Below, one piece after another: positions 8,985 through 17,782 of a stretch of 64,000 nucleotides of DNA. This stretch comes from Candidatus Binatia bacterium (GTDB lineage Bacteria; Desulfobacterota; Binatia; UBA9968; JAJDTQ01), in NCBI GenBank assembly GCA_963666515.2, contig OY762897.2, forward strand, positions 1,888,001 through 1,952,000, given 5' to 3'. Both the position numbers and the translations under genes were made by a program. The notes below the pieces were generated by a model, which was given only the letters and a program-made list of their open reading frames with translations, had not been told where the DNA came from and did not search any database. Position 1 is the first letter of the stretch; every line of letters starts with the position of its first letter.

Positions 8985-10362
8985 CGCTCCCGACGCCGCG
9001 GCGCCCGCAACTCCGGCATCCGACGGCCGGGAGCTGCTGCGACTGGCCGTTCCCGCCTCTCTGGCCATCGCCAGCGAGCCGGTCCTGAACATCGCCGACA
9101 CCGCCATGATCGGCCACCTGGGGGTGGAGCCGCTGGCGGCCAAGGCCATCGCCACGAGCCTCATCGGCGCGGTGATCTGGATCTTCGCCTTCCTGATCTT
9201 CGGCACCACCAGCCTGGTGGCCAGCCAGTACGGCTCCCGCAACTACGCCGCCTGCGGCGAGATCTTCCGGCACGCGCTGGTGCTGGCGGTGGGCGGCGGA
9301 CTGCTGGTGGCGTCCCTCTGCTTCCTGTTCGCCCCGGAACTCTACGCGGTCATGGGCGCGACCCCGGAGGTGGCGGCGCAAGGCATCCCCTACTTCCGCA
9401 TCCGCTGCGCCACCATCCCGATGCTCTTCTCCATCTACGCGGCGGTGGGGTTCCTGCGCGGGATACAGAACACCTTCTCGCCCATGCTGGTGGCGTTCCT
9501 GATGAGCGGCACCAACATCGTCCTGGACTACGCGCTGATCTACGGCGGTTTCGGGTTCCCGGCCCTGGGCCTGCGGGGCGCGGCGGTGGCGTCGGTGGCG
9601 GGCCACGCCCTAGGCATCGCGTTGTATCTGCGGCTGCTGTTCTTCTCGGAGTACACGCGCCTCTATCGGCTGAACAGCCGGCAACTGCGCCTGCGCCGCT
9701 TCCGCAACATCTCCAGGATCGCCGGACACCTGGCGGTGCGGACGGCCGGGCTCCGGCTCTCGCTGGTGTTCGCCACGGCCGTGGTGGCGCGCATGGGACC
9801 GGTCTACCTCGCCGCCTACGAGATCGTCTTTCAACTCTTCATCTTCTGCTCGGACACCGTCGACGGGCTGGCGGTGGCCGGACAGACCCTGGTGGCCCGC
9901 CATCTCGGCGCCGGGGACACACGCCGGGCGAAACGCCTGGGCCGGATGCTGGTGATCTGGGGCTGCGTTGGCGGCGCGGTCTTCGGCCTGGCCTATATTG
10001 CGTTGCAGCAACCGATCCTGGCGCTCTTCACCTCCTCGGCCGCGGTGGCCGAGCTGGCTCGGAGCGAGGCCTTCCTGCTGCTGGTCCTGTTCCAGCCCCT
10101 GAACGGCATCGTGTTCGCCCTGGACGGCTTCATCCTGGGCGCCCACGACACCCGCTTCCTCATGTGGGCCATGCTGGCGGGCGGTCTCCTGCTGTTCTTC
10201 CCTCTGACAGGTCTGGCCTTCTACCTGGGGCTGGGGCTGTTCGGGGTCTGGGCCGGGTTCAGCCTGTTCATGCTTCACCGGCTCGCGGCCAACCTGTGGC
10301 GCCTGTGGAGCGGACGGTGGGAAGGCGCCTTTGCCCGATATCACGCGCCCCGGGGCGGCTGA
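8977..10362 (+). CDS. MATE (DinF-like) efflux transporter; start uncertain, first ATG at 9106
   Basis: Multiple TM segments, GFLRGIQNT, NIVLDYALI, LGLRGAAVAS. Upstream in-frame RELLRLAVP...EPVLNIADTAMIGHLG is the typical MATE TM1. Confidence 0.85.
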   Translation: MSDAPDAAAPATPASDGRELLRLAVPASLAIASEPVLNIADTAMIGHLGVEPLAAKAIATSLIGAVIWIFAFLIFGTTSLVASQYGSRNYAACGEIFRHALVLAVGGGLLVASLCFLFAPELYAVMGATPEVAAQGIPYFRIRCATIPMLFSIYAAVGFLRGIQNTFSPMLVAFLMSGTNIVLDYALIYGGFGFPALGLRGAAVASVAGHALGIALYLRLLFFSEYTRLYRLNSRQLRLRRFRNISRIAGHLAVRTAGLRLSLVFATAVVARMGPVYLAAYEIVFQLFIFCSDTVDGLAVAGQTLVARHLGAGDTRRAKRLGRMLVIWGCVGGAVFGLAYIALQQPILALFTSSAAVAELARSEAFLLLVLFQPLNGIVFALDGFILGAHDTRFLMWAMLAGGLLLFFPLTGLAFYLGLGLFGVWAGFSLFMLHRLAANLWRLWSGRWEGAFARYHAPRGG

Positions 10363-10493
10363 GAGACCGAGCTCTCACTTGCTTTTCCGCCCACGCCGGG
10401 ATATGGATCGGCTGGCTGGAACGCGGGCGCCGCGCCGTAACGCGGCTCGCGTCACCCCCGCAGGGAACCGCACACAAGGAGGAACGCATCACC

Positions 10494-11222
10494 ATGTCGG
10501 ACGTCGCAATCGTAACCGGAGGGGCGGGCGGCCTGGGTTCGTCGGTCTGCGCCGCGCTGGCCGAGGACGGGCTCAAGGTCGTGGTCGCCGACTACAATGG
10601 AGAGGGCGCGCAGGCCCTCGCCGCCAAGCTCAAGTCCGAGGGCCGGGAGGCGCTGGGCGTCGGCGTGGACGTGGGCGACAAGCAGAGCGTCGAGGCCATG
10701 ATCCAAAGCGCAGTGGACGCCTACGGACAGCTCGACCACCAGATCAATTTCGCCGGCCTCATGGGCCGCTTCGCCATCGCGGACATGACCGAGGAGGAGT
10801 GGGACCGGGTGATCCGGGTAAACCTGCGGGGCGTCTTCCTGTGCAGCCAGGCCGCTGCCGCGGCCATGCGGCCGCGCAAGCAGGGGCGCATCCTCAACGT
10901 CGCCTCGGGCCGAGGGGTCGCCGGGGCGCCCTACTCCGCGCACTACTCCGCCTCCAAGGCCGGGGTCATCGCCTTCACCAAGTCCATGGCGGTGGAGGTG
11001 GCGTCGGACAACATCCTGGTGAACAACATCTGTCCAGGACGCACCGAGACGCCCATGGCCCGGGCCGGCTACACCGAGGAGCAGTGGGCGGCCATCAAGG
11101 CGGTGGAGCCTTTGCAGGGCGGGCTCACCCAGAAGGACGAGATCACCGGGCTGGTGCGCTATCTCGTTTCGGACGCGGCGCGCTTCATCACCGGGCAGAC
11201 GTTCCTGCTGCGGACGCCGTAG
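10494..11222 (+). CDS. SDR family oxidoreductase
   Basis: TGGAGGLG, HYSASK; AAGGAGG RBS. Confidence 0.93.
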   Translation: MSDVAIVTGGAGGLGSSVCAALAEDGLKVVVADYNGEGAQALAAKLKSEGREALGVGVDVGDKQSVEAMIQSAVDAYGQLDHQINFAGLMGRFAIADMTEEEWDRVIRVNLRGVFLCSQAAAAAMRPRKQGRILNVASGRGVAGAPYSAHYSASKAGVIAFTKSMAVEVASDNILVNNICPGRTETPMARAGYTEEQWAAIKAVEPLQGGLTQKDEITGLVRYLVSDAARFITGQTFLLRTP

Positions 11223-11245
11223 CGGCGGGCTTTGAGGAAATGCGT

Positions 11246-11281
11246 CCTTCGACTTCGCTTCGCTACGCTCAGGGCGAACGG
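11246..11281. repeat. REP-like element (related inverted copy at 50396-50437)
   Basis: ccttcgacttcgcttcgctacgctcagggcgaacgg versus reverse complement of cccttcgccctgagcgcagcgaggcaaagcgaagtcgaacgg. Confidence 0.65.
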
Positions 11282-11324
11282 TAAGGTGAAACCGTTAACC
11301 GAGGACGCCATTTCAGGAGGTGAC

Positions 11325-12053
11325 ATGTCACAGGTCGTGGTGGTAACCGGCGGCGCCGGGGGCATCGGGTCGGCCATCTGCCGGGCGCTGGCGCAGGACG
11401 GCCACAGCATCGTCGTAGCCGATTTCAACGGCGAGGGGGCGCAGGCTCTGGTAGCGGACATCGGAAAGGACGGCGGCCAAGCGCTGGCCGTGCAGGTGGA
11501 CGTCGGCGACAAGGCCAGCGTGGACGGCATGGTCGCCGCGGCCATCGACAGATACGGCCACATCGACGTGCAACTCAACGCCGCCGGGGTGATCAAGCGC
11601 TGCCCGGTGCTGGAGATGCCGGCGGAGGAATGGGAGCGGGTAATCCGGGTGAACCTCACCGGGCTGTTCCTGTGCTCCCAGGCCGCGGGCAAGCACATGG
11701 CGGAGCGCAAGTCCGGCCGCATCATCAACGTCGCCTCGGGCCGGGGCGTTACCGGTCAGCGGCTGGGCTCCCACTACGCCGCGTCCAAGGGCGGGGTCAT
11801 CACCTTCACCAAGACCCTGGCCATGGAGCTGGCGCCCTACAACGTCACCGCCAACGCCATCGGACCCGGCGCCACCGAGACCGACATGGCCCGGGCGGGC
11901 ATGTCGGAAGAGCAGTGGACCCTGAAACAGTCCACCTCGCCGCTCATGGGCGGCTTCACGCAGAAGGACGAGATCACCGGCCTGATCCGCTACCTGATAT
12001 CCGACGCCGCGCGCTACATCTCGGGCCAGCTCTTCCTCCTGCGCACCGCGTAG
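11325..12053 (+). CDS. SDR family oxidoreductase (tandem paralog)
   Basis: [14 protein letters not shown]; shares [16 protein letters not shown]-terminus with the preceding gene. Confidence 0.93.
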   Translation: MSQVVVVTGGAGGIGSAICRALAQDGHSIVVADFNGEGAQALVADIGKDGGQALAVQVDVGDKASVDGMVAAAIDRYGHIDVQLNAAGVIKRCPVLEMPAEEWERVIRVNLTGLFLCSQAAGKHMAERKSGRIINVASGRGVTGQRLGSHYAASKGGVITFTKTLAMELAPYNVTANAIGPGATETDMARAGMSEEQWTLKQSTSPLMGGFTQKDEITGLIRYLISDAARYISGQLFLLRTA

Positions 12054-12098
12054 CGCCGGCGTCCTTTCCGGGGCGGCACTGAACGGAGACCGGAGGCC

Positions 12099-13778
12099 AT
12101 GCACACCGAGAAAGCCATGCGGGCCGTTTACACCATCCTGATGGTGGTCATCGGCTTCGTCATTCTCGTCCCGGTGCTGGCGCTGGTCTTCGGGAGCTTC
12201 TGGTCGTCCTCGCCGGTGGCCGCGGGGCACGTCACCCTGGACAACTGGCTCCGGGCGCTGAACATCAGCATCCCCACCGACCTGCCCACGCTGGTCTTCA
12301 ACTCGCTGGTGTTCGCCTTTGTGATGGCCGCCATCTCGGTGGTGCTGGGCGTCGCCATGGCGTTCCTGGTGGTGCGCACCGACATGCCCTACGGCAACGT
12401 CTTCGCCAAGCTGGGAATCGTGCCCCGGGCGTTTCCGGTAATCATCGCCGCGCTTGCCTGGATCCTGCTCCTGAGCCCGCGCATCGGCGTCCTCAACGTC
12501 CTGTTCCGGGAGTTCTTCGGCACCAACCTGTTCAACCTCTACTCGTTTCCGGGGATGATCTTCATCATGGTGCTCTACGAGTCACCGATCGTGTTCCTCA
12601 TCGCCCTGAACGCGTTCCGGCTCATGGACCCATCGCTCGAAGAGCAGTCCATTGCCTGCGGCAACACGGTGATGGGGACGTTGCGCCGGGTGACCCTGCC
12701 GGTGCTGCGTCCGTTGATCCTGTCCTCGTTCCTGCTGGTGTTCGTCATCGGGCTGATCACCCTGGAGGTGCCGATCCTCATCGGCGCGCCCGGCGGCATC
12801 TTCGTGTTCACCTCCGCCATCTTCAACATCATCGCCTCGGACTACCAGTCGCTGATCTACTACAACACCGCCGCGGCGCTGGCCATGATGGTGATCCCCC
12901 TGAGCCTGGGCTCGCTGTTCCTCTACCGCCACTTGGTCAGGCAGGCGGAAAGCTTCGTCACCGTCACCGGCAAGGCCCGGCCGGAGAACGTCCACCACCT
13001 GGGCCGGTGGCGCTACGTGGCCTTCGTGTGCGCCTCGCTGTACTTCGGCGTGGTGATCGTGCTGCCGGCCGTGGTGATCGTGCTGCTCTCCTTCTCTCAG
13101 TTCGTGGCCACTCCGAGCCTGAGCGTGCTCACGCAGCTCACCCTCAACCACTGGAATGCCGCCCTGCAGGACGCGGTTTTCTGGCGCGCGCTGGGCAATA
13201 CGATGCTTCTGTGCTTCGCCGCGGCCACCGCCACCGTCACCATCGCCCTGGGGGTCGGCTACCTGCTGGTGCGCAGCGGCGTCAAGCTCAAGGGACCCAT
13301 CGAGGCCGCCACCATGCTGCCGCTGGCCTTCCCCGGCACCATCCTGGCGGTGGGCTTCGTGTGGGCCTATATCCGGACCCCCGTTTACGGCACCCTGTGG
13401 ATCCTGCTGCTCTACTTCATCGGCAACTACCTGCCGTTCGCGCTGCGGACCCTGAGCCCGTTCCTGTTCCAGTTCCACAAGGAGTTCGAGGAAGCCTCAT
13501 GGACATCGGGCGCCAGCGCCCTGGGCACCATCACCCGCATCGTCATCCCGTTCCTGCGGGGCGGCATCTTCTCCGTGTGGGTGCTGCTCTTCCAGATCTA
13601 CCTGCGGGAGTTCGCCGGCGCCGTCATCCTGTTCACCTACGGCAACGAGGTGCTCTCCACCCTGCTCTTCCAGCGCGCCTTCGACGAGGGCCAGTTCGGC
13701 ATCGGCGCCGTCATCGGCGTGCTGATGCTGGCGCTGTCACTTGGGCTGCACCTGCTGGTGTCGCGGCGGGAGACGTAG
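12099..13778 (+). CDS. ABC transporter permease, FbpB/ThiP-type (two TM modules)
   Basis: EAA-like loops DPSLEEQS..CG and FEEASWTSGA. Confidence 0.9.
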   Translation: MHTEKAMRAVYTILMVVIGFVILVPVLALVFGSFWSSSPVAAGHVTLDNWLRALNISIPTDLPTLVFNSLVFAFVMAAISVVLGVAMAFLVVRTDMPYGNVFAKLGIVPRAFPVIIAALAWILLLSPRIGVLNVLFREFFGTNLFNLYSFPGMIFIMVLYESPIVFLIALNAFRLMDPSLEEQSIACGNTVMGTLRRVTLPVLRPLILSSFLLVFVIGLITLEVPILIGAPGGIFVFTSAIFNIIASDYQSLIYYNTAAALAMMVIPLSLGSLFLYRHLVRQAESFVTVTGKARPENVHHLGRWRYVAFVCASLYFGVVIVLPAVVIVLLSFSQFVATPSLSVLTQLTLNHWNAALQDAVFWRALGNTMLLCFAAATATVTIALGVGYLLVRSGVKLKGPIEAATMLPLAFPGTILAVGFVWAYIRTPVYGTLWILLLYFIGNYLPFALRTLSPFLFQFHKEFEEASWTSGASALGTITRIVIPFLRGGIFSVWVLLFQIYLREFAGAVILFTYGNEVLSTLLFQRAFDEGQFGIGAVIGVLMLALSLGLHLLVSRRET

Positions 13779-13837
13779 CCGGTTCCTCGCCTCCCTTCCC
13801 GCGATCGAGGATCGTGGGTATTTTCTGGTTGACCTTG

Positions 13838-13880
13838 AAATACTCATGAGTATTTTATGGTATGGCAGAAAATACTCATG
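13838..13880. promoter_or_regulatory. Perfect 18-bp palindrome plus repeated half-site upstream of hicBA
   Basis: aaatactcatgagtattt (13838-13855); aaaatactcatg (13869-13880); TTGACC at 13829. Confidence 0.6.
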
Positions 13881-13912
13881 GAGTCACCGATAGGGCCGGC
13901 AGGAGAAATGGC

Positions 13913-14176
13913 ATGGATCTCTACAGGCTGCGAGCAGTCCTGCGAGAACCCTCGGACGAAACCGAGGGCAAGTACTTAGCCGAAATACCTGATCTTCCCG
14001 GCTGCCGGGCGTGGGGCGACACTTCCGCGCAGGCGCTGGAAAGCCTTCAGAGCGTTGCGTCAGCGTTCATCGCGTCTTACCGTGACCGAGGCGATCCTCT
14101 TCCGCCCAAAGTAGCGGCGGCCATCGTCGACACCAGTGAGCATCGGGGCTTCAGTGAAGTCATGGTCGCAGTTTGA
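13913..14176 (+). CDS. hicB: HicB family antitoxin (short, no evident DNA-binding domain)
   Basis: YLAEIPDLPGCRAWGDT; AGGAG RBS. Confidence 0.88.
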   Translation: MDLYRLRAVLREPSDETEGKYLAEIPDLPGCRAWGDTSAQALESLQSVASAFIASYRDRGDPLPPKVAAAIVDTSEHRGFSEVMVAV

Positions 14177-14382
14177 GGTACAGGGAACTCACACGCAGGC
14201 TGCGCAGACTCGGATGTGAGCTGGACAGACGCGCCCGTGGCGACCATGAAATCTGGATCCGTCCATCGACGGGCGGCAGGACAACCATTCCCAACTGGGG
14301 CAACCGTGACCTGAAAACGGGCACGGTGGGAACCATCCTGCGAGACCTTGGGGTCACACGCCAGGAGTTCGAACGCGCGTAG
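14173..14382 (+). CDS. hicA: HicA family toxin
   Basis: RLRRLGC...GDHEIW...DLKTGTVGTILRDLG; TTG start overlaps hicB stop. Confidence 0.88.
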   Translation: MRYRELTRRLRRLGCELDRRARGDHEIWIRPSTGGRTTIPNWGNRDLKTGTVGTILRDLGVTRQEFERA

Positions 14383-14469
14383 ATGAATTGAATCCCTTGG
14401 CGTCGTGATCGCACGCATCGCCCCTGGATTCCAGCTTTCTGCGAGAATGACTTTCCTGACGATAGGCGT

Positions 14470-15570
14470 CTACACCCGCGCCGCCACCCAGTCGTGCATG
14501 AAGGGGAAGATCTCGGCGTGGTTGTCGTAGGAGCAGTGGACGGCGCCGGGCTCACCCGAGCGGAGGAAGCGTAGCTCCTTCTCGCACTTGGCTTCTTCGT
14601 AGGTCTGGTGGACGCAGCGGGGGTCGGTGATGACGTCGTCCTCGCCGTGGAGGATCAGCAGCGGGCATTCGACCTTTTCGATGCTGCCGGCGAGGGTGAA
14701 CTGGCTCAGGCGGTGGCGGACCTCGTCTTCGGTGGTTGACCCGGTGATCCAGCGGAACTGTCCTCTCAGGGGCTCGTAGAACTCGTAGATGTCGCGGTAG
14801 CAGTCGTAGGGTCCGAAGTGGGAGACGCAGCACTTGACGCGTTTCTCGTAGGCTGCGGCACGGGTCACGTAGTAGCCGCCCATGCTCATGCCCATGAGGG
14901 CGACGCGGTTCATGTCCACGTCGCCGCGGGTTTCGAGGTAGTCCACCATGGCCGTTATCGGCCGCTCGAAGTCGGGGATGGCCAAGCTGTTGCGCAGCCG
15001 GAGCATGCCGCCGCGTCCGGGTCCGTCCACGATGAGCAGGGCGAGGCCCCGCTTGGCCGCCTCGGGGCCGCCGACGAAGTAGACCTCCTCCGCGGTGGAA
15101 TCGGCGCCCCCGGTGAAGATCAGCACCGGCGGCTTCTCGCCGGCAGAGGCCTGGGCGTGGAAGAAATAGCCGGGCATGGAGGTGTCCTCGTAGGGCACCT
15201 CGACACGCTCGATGTCGGGCGACAACTCCGCGGCGGCGTGGAAGCTCTCAGCGGACTTGCGGTAGGTGGGGACCTTCCTGTCGTCGGTGAACGGCAGGAG
15301 GAACTCGGCGACCCGGTAGTAGTTGGCGGCGCGGAAGAAGGCCTTGCGCGCGCTTTCGGGACGGCCGCCGGCCTGTTGCTCCCGGCCGTGGGCGGCGACC
15401 CGGTCTGCGGTCTCACGCCACTCGGCGTGCCAGCTCTCGGTGTCGCCGGGCTTGATTCGCTGAACGGTGCGGTGGATCTCGTTGAACTCGCCGCCGCCGT
15501 AGTAGCTTTCGGCCAGCAGCCGGATGCACGCGAAGGACCAGCTTCGGTTCCCGGGGAAGAATTCGAACAT
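14470..15570 (-). CDS. Alpha/beta hydrolase (2,6-dihydroxy-pseudo-oxynicotine hydrolase/FrsA-like)
   Basis: RAANYYRVAEF, GGADSTAEE, GMSMGGYY, LILHGEDD, GAVHC. Confidence 0.87.
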   Translation of the reverse strand: MFEFFPGNRSWSFACIRLLAESYYGGGEFNEIHRTVQRIKPGDTESWHAEWRETADRVAAHGREQQAGGRPESARKAFFRAANYYRVAEFLLPFTDDRKVPTYRKSAESFHAAAELSPDIERVEVPYEDTSMPGYFFHAQASAGEKPPVLIFTGGADSTAEEVYFVGGPEAAKRGLALLIVDGPGRGGMLRLRNSLAIPDFERPITAMVDYLETRGDVDMNRVALMGMSMGGYYVTRAAAYEKRVKCCVSHFGPYDCYRDIYEFYEPLRGQFRWITGSTTEDEVRHRLSQFTLAGSIEKVECPLLILHGEDDVITDPRCVHQTYEEAKCEKELRFLRSGEPGAVHCSYDNHAEIFPFMHDWVAARV

Positions 15571-15605
15571 GGCCCTTCGCGTCGTTCCGGCGCTGCCCTT
15601 TCAGG

Positions 15606-16646
15606 CTACTGGTAGAGCGCCTGAATGCGCTTCGTCCACGCGTCCTTGTTGTTGCTCACCTCGTGGGCGATGATCTCCGGCGCCTTGGCGAAGAACTTGA
15701 CGCCCTTGAGCTCCTCGATGAGGGATCCCCTCGGCTTCATGGTGCTGTCGGCCGGGATCAGACCCTCGGCGACAAAGTGCTTCTGTCCCTCGGCGCTGAT
15801 GCAGAACTCCATGAACAGCTTGGCGGCGTTGGGGTGAGGCGCCTTCCCGTGGATCGCCAGCATGTTGGGCCACCAGATGGCCGGCTCCCGGAACGTGGAG
15901 TAGCCGAGCCCGGGATAGCTCCGGCCGAAGGTGAACGGCGTGTACGGCAGGGTGAAGATTCCCAGCGGGAACTCCTTGAGCCCCACCGCCTGGTGGAGCG
16001 GCCCCCACTTGGGCTCGTAGCGCCCCACGTTGACCTTGAACGCCTTCCAGAAGTTGGCCCACTTCTCCTCGTTGCCGCCGAACCATGCCTGCAACGACGC
16101 GATGTGAACGAGGTAGTTGGACCCCAGCCACGGCGTGCGCGAGATGATCTTGCCCTTGTACTTGGGCTTGATCAACTCCTGGATGCTGCGCGGCGCCTGC
16201 TCCGGCGGGATCAGATCCTTGTTGTAGGACGCGCCCACCACGTGGATGAAGATCGGCACCAGGTTCCAGTCCTTCGGCAACGCCTCCATGTGATGCGCGA
16301 CCTTCTCGTAGCCGGCGGGCTTGTAGCTCTGTGTCAGGTGGTTGAGTCCGCTCAACGGACCGGGGGAGGCGCCGAACATGTCGATGGCCGCTATCCCCGC
16401 CTGGGATTCCTGGCTCACCGTACGGAGAACGCCGGGCGCGCCCACGTAAGTGCCTTCCACCGTGATGCCGTACTTCTTCTGGAAGGATTCGGCAGCCTTC
16501 CGGAAGCTGGAGAACGTGATCAGCCGCAGCTTGCCTTCCTTCTTGGCCGCGGCTATCAACTCCGCGCTCGACGCCAGCGCTATGCCGGAGAGGCAGAGGA
16601 CAAGGCCGAGTGACAGCGCCATCGCCTTCGTGATCGTGCTTCGCAT
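15606..16646 (-). CDS. ABC substrate-binding protein (Fbp/SBP_bac_6-like)
   Basis: Signal peptide, LIAAAKKEGKL, APHPNAAKLFMEF; GGGAGG RBS. Confidence 0.9.
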   Translation of the reverse strand: MRSTITKAMALSLGLVLCLSGIALASSAELIAAAKKEGKLRLITFSSFRKAAESFQKKYGITVEGTYVGAPGVLRTVSQESQAGIAAIDMFGASPGPLSGLNHLTQSYKPAGYEKVAHHMEALPKDWNLVPIFIHVVGASYNKDLIPPEQAPRSIQELIKPKYKGKIISRTPWLGSNYLVHIASLQAWFGGNEEKWANFWKAFKVNVGRYEPKWGPLHQAVGLKEFPLGIFTLPYTPFTFGRSYPGLGYSTFREPAIWWPNMLAIHGKAPHPNAAKLFMEFCISAEGQKHFVAEGLIPADSTMKPRGSLIEELKGVKFFAKAPEIIAHEVSNNKDAWTKRIQALYQ

Positions 16647-16726
16647 GAGAACCTCCCTTAGAGATCGAGATTTGTCGCCCACACTATAAATCCACGCGGT
16701 GGGCGTCAAGGCCCAACCCCGCTCCT

Positions 16727-16756
16727 CCTGGATTCCGGGTCAAGCCCGGAATGACG
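16727..16756. repeat. REP-like palindrome, CTGGATTCC..GGAATGACG family
   Basis: cctggattccgggtcaagcccggaatgacg; relatives at 14423-14451, 20454-20482, 51338-51366, 51410-51438. Confidence 0.8.
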
Positions 16757-16796
16757 AATTTGGCGAGCCCACCGGCCTGTCCACCGCGTCAGCGAG

Positions 16797-17681
16797 CTAC
16801 GACACGAACGCCGTAGACAGGTCCACTCGCCCCTCCAGCCGTCCGGTCTCGATGAGCATCTCCATGGTGGCTTCCGCTTCCTTGCGCTCGGTGTCGGTGA
16901 AGGTGAACTCGATCTTGGGGTAGCCGGCGGAGGCCAGGATGTCCTGCTTGTCGCCGCCGTACTTCGCGATAAAGCGGTCGGCCACCTCTTCGAGATTGGC
17001 GTCGCTGTAGGCGATGGACTTGCGGCAGGCGTCGAGGATCTGGCCGGCGAACTCGGGGTGTTCCTGCAAAAGGTCCTCGCGGGTGGCGAGCATGTGCTTG
17101 ATGATCTCAGGAAGGCCGTGGAGGCCGCGCCAAGCGTCGCCGTCGGTGTAGAGGCAGCGGACGTCCGGGTCCTTCTCGCCGTGCCAGAAGATCTGGTCGA
17201 TGAGCGTCACGGCGTCGGCCTTGCGTTCCTTGAGGATCGAAAGCAGTTCCTCCTGGGGATGGGACTCCCAGCGGATGGTGGAGTCGTCCACCTTGTAGTG
17301 CTTGCGCAGAAGGAAGCAATGCATGGCATGGGGGTCGGAGTGGTGGCTGGCGATGAGCCGCCCCTCCAGGTCCTTGGGGGTCTGCACCGGTCCGTCCTTG
17401 AGCACGAAGACGCCGTTGCCCTTGGCGGTGGACTTCCACTCGGTGGAGAGGCCGACGATGGGTGCCCCGCCGAGCTTCCGCTTCAGGAAGTTGGGCAGAT
17501 AGATGTTGGCGAACGCCACCTCGCCCCGGATCAGCACTTCCTCCAGCTCGTGGCTAGGCGGGTCGGCGACCTCGATGACCTTGAGGTCGAAACCCTCGGG
17601 CTTCACGATGCCCTCGGCGAGGGCGTAATAGGTGCGGAACATGCAGAAACGGTTGCGGTAGTGTGCGAGTGTCAGTTCCAT
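16797..17681 (-). CDS. Periplasmic-binding-fold protein (NMT1/SsuA-like), no signal peptide
   Basis: GVFVLKDGPVQTPKDLEGRLIA, ADAVTLID. Confidence 0.7.
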   Translation of the reverse strand: MELTLAHYRNRFCMFRTYYALAEGIVKPEGFDLKVIEVADPPSHELEEVLIRGEVAFANIYLPNFLKRKLGGAPIVGLSTEWKSTAKGNGVFVLKDGPVQTPKDLEGRLIASHHSDPHAMHCFLLRKHYKVDDSTIRWESHPQEELLSILKERKADAVTLIDQIFWHGEKDPDVRCLYTDGDAWRGLHGLPEIIKHMLATREDLLQEHPEFAGQILDACRKSIAYSDANLEEVADRFIAKYGGDKQDILASAGYPKIEFTFTDTERKEAEATMEMLIETGRLEGRVDLSTAFVS

Positions 17682-17782
17682 GGGGACTCCTTGCCGGGAC
17701 GCGCGCACGCGCCTCCGGCTTCAACGGAAGCGGGCGGCCCGTGCATGACGCGCGGCCGCCCGCTCTTGCCGTGCGGTTCCGG

